DNA of 64,000 nt from positions 21,330,001-21,394,000 of the forward strand of contig OZ076409.1 of NCBI GenBank assembly GCA_964187785.1, in the 5' to 3' direction. A program made the translations under genes and the position numbers. Below, piece by piece: positions 62,301-64,000 of the stretch (positions are counted from its first letter, which is position 1; each line of letters opens with the position of its first letter). Under the pieces are notes generated by a model. The model was not told where the DNA came from and ran no database searches. It saw only the letters and a program-made list of their open reading frames with translations. This DNA comes from Amphiscolops sp. MND2022 (lineage: Eukaryota).

Positions 62301-64000
62301 GCTTTCGAAAGATTTATACATTCTCAATGAATAGAATCGTTATTGTCCACATGTTTAAGGATCGATTCGGTGAAATAAATGAGAGCATTTTGCGTTGATA
62401 TCTTCTGGCGGAAGCCAAATTGGAAAGGAGACAGAAGTTTATCAGATGATAGGTATTGATTATTTTGTTTATGCAAAAATTTTTAAGTATTCTCGACAAA
62501 CTGCTCGTTTTTGTAATGGGTCTGTAGTTCAAAGGGTTTATTGGATCATCTTTTTTATATAGAAGTGTAATGAGACCTTTTTTTAAAATTGAGGGAAATT
62601 ATTGTGTTATATTATATTTGAATCTGTTATTCGATATTCAAGCGCATATTTTTGCTCAGCAGTATATAAAAAAGAAACAACTCATTTAGTACAGTAGGCG
62701 TAATTATAAAATGAAATTAAAATTAGTAGCACTTTTGAACTTTTGCAAAAAATGGAAGCCATGCCAAAATTGGTTTTTTAATGTGGACATTGTTTGTAGA
62801 GTAGTAACATGTGTTCCTTTGTAAATTTCTTCCATTTTCTTGCTTGTATTTGATTGTTCTAATTTCAGAGGGTAAGGAATTCGAACTTCTCAAACAGGTA
62901 TAAAAGAATGTTCCTTGAAGAATCTTACTTGAACCAGGCTCTTTCAATATAGTTTTTTTGTTTCGATCATTCACTCGAAAACTCACTGTTGAGAGTTTCA
63001 AGTGATTCTGAAAAACTGAACCTACGTTTTTGAGAATTGAAATTAATAAATTAATAAGTCAAATGATTTTAAGTCAATTCTTTAATTCATAGCTAATACT
63101 TCTTCAGATATTCTCGAAGAGGTTGAGTATTTGTTTCTAGATCTGTAGAATACGGTTTGAAGAGTCCAATTCAGTTGTTTCTTAAAAGAAAGTAAAAGAG
63201 CAATACTGATGTCCGTTAAAAGAAGGTTACATTACTCAAAATGACTTTGAACAAGAGCATGAAGCTGCACTTTTAAACATTTTTTGGGTAGGTTGTTGCG
63301 AAGTGTTTGGATTGCTTTTATGCCAGGGGCCATTTTTTGAAGTAAACTTTGAACTTGAGTTTCGAAAGTTAGTTTGTTGTAGATGATAAAGCCTAAATAC
63401 TTCACTTCATTCTTAAGTTTTGTATTGGAACCGGCGACTTTAAGTTGATTATTGGATACGGTCATTTTTGGTGTTGTGAAACGTATCAGCTCTGTTTTAG
63501 ATGCATTCAGAGTTACCTGATTCGACCGAAAATATTTTTCTATGTTTTTGACACTGATTTGTAAATTCTCAAATGCAATATCAGAATTTGTATTCGCTGA
63601 GTAAACCGAACAGTCATTGGCGTATTGGATAATTCTGCATTCGTCCGAGATGTGTTTTGTAATATCGTTAATGTAGGTGTTAAAAAGTAATGGGCCAAGT
63701 ACTGTTCCTTGCGGTACACCTTGAACGGTTTCGATGAAACCAGATACCGTATTATTGATAACAACTTGTTGACGTCTGTGTGATAAAATGCTTAATTTTG
63801 GGGTCAGAGCATTGTCAATTAAGGCGATTAATTTCAATTTATTCATCAAAATTTGATGGGATACATAATCGAATGCTTTCGAAAGATTTATACATTCTCA
63901 ATGAATAGAATCGTTATTGTCCACATGTTTAAGGATCGATTCGGTGAAATAAATGAGAGCATTTTGCGTTGATATCTTCTGGCGGAAGCCAAATTGGAAA
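44381..64000 (-). repeat. Macrosatellite of about 1.57-kb LINE-derived RT/3'UTR units (at least 13, continuing past the window end)
   Basis: Marker AAACAACTCATTTAGTACAGTAGG recurs near 44383, 45954, 47403, 48969, 50537, 52102, 53669, 55237, 56802, 58378, 59533, 61098, 62672. Each unit encodes a broken FPSILKKG..NYRPI..QFGFR..LSKAFD..GVPQGTVLGPLLF..YAD[D/E/H]..KMALGIK..EKQLNW peptide. Confidence 0.97.

Noticed and set aside
44381..64000. Array read as a cluster of functional RT genes, or a retron/DGR-like system
   Set aside because: Every unit is frameshifted or has stops. Most lack catalytic Asp residues, there is no endonuclease or ORF1, and there are no variable spacers or target repeats.
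44381..64000. HeT-A/TART-like telomeric retrotransposon array
   Set aside because: Junctions are identical and lack poly-A, rather than showing variable 5' truncations. No telomeric repeats appear in the window. A subtelomeric location cannot be excluded.
1..64000. tRNA or rRNA genes
   Set aside because: None recognised by eye; only the tRNA-complementary PBS. tRNAscan-SE and Infernal were not run.

Overview
AT-rich, transposon-dense eukaryotic (invertebrate-type metazoan) DNA. All coordinates were read by eye and may be off by a few bases. Two intron-containing host genes converge at about 13-14 kb. On the + strand is the 3' part of a secretin/adhesion-type 7TM GPCR (5 phase-compatible exons, 1799-12997). 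On the - strand is a CEP70 orthologue (16 phase-compatible exons, 30089-13930). The introns and flanks carry many mobile elements: a Tc1 element with TIRs (3-1259); an intact Ty3/Gypsy retrotransposon with apparently identical 192-bp LTRs and an ACCGG TSD (5146-10355), nested in an older foldback element; a near-full-length L2/CR1-type LINE with an esterase ORF1 and a 2A-like NPGP motif; hAT, Tc1 and MULE-like MITEs; and decayed I/Jockey-like and CRE-like LINEs. The last 23 kb is a tandem-repeat domain. It holds a head-to-tail array of at least 13 units of about 1.57 kb, each a mostly catalytically dead 3' LINE reverse-transcriptase fragment. A Helentron-like element made of three 1.08-kb copies has inserted into the terminal unit of that array.
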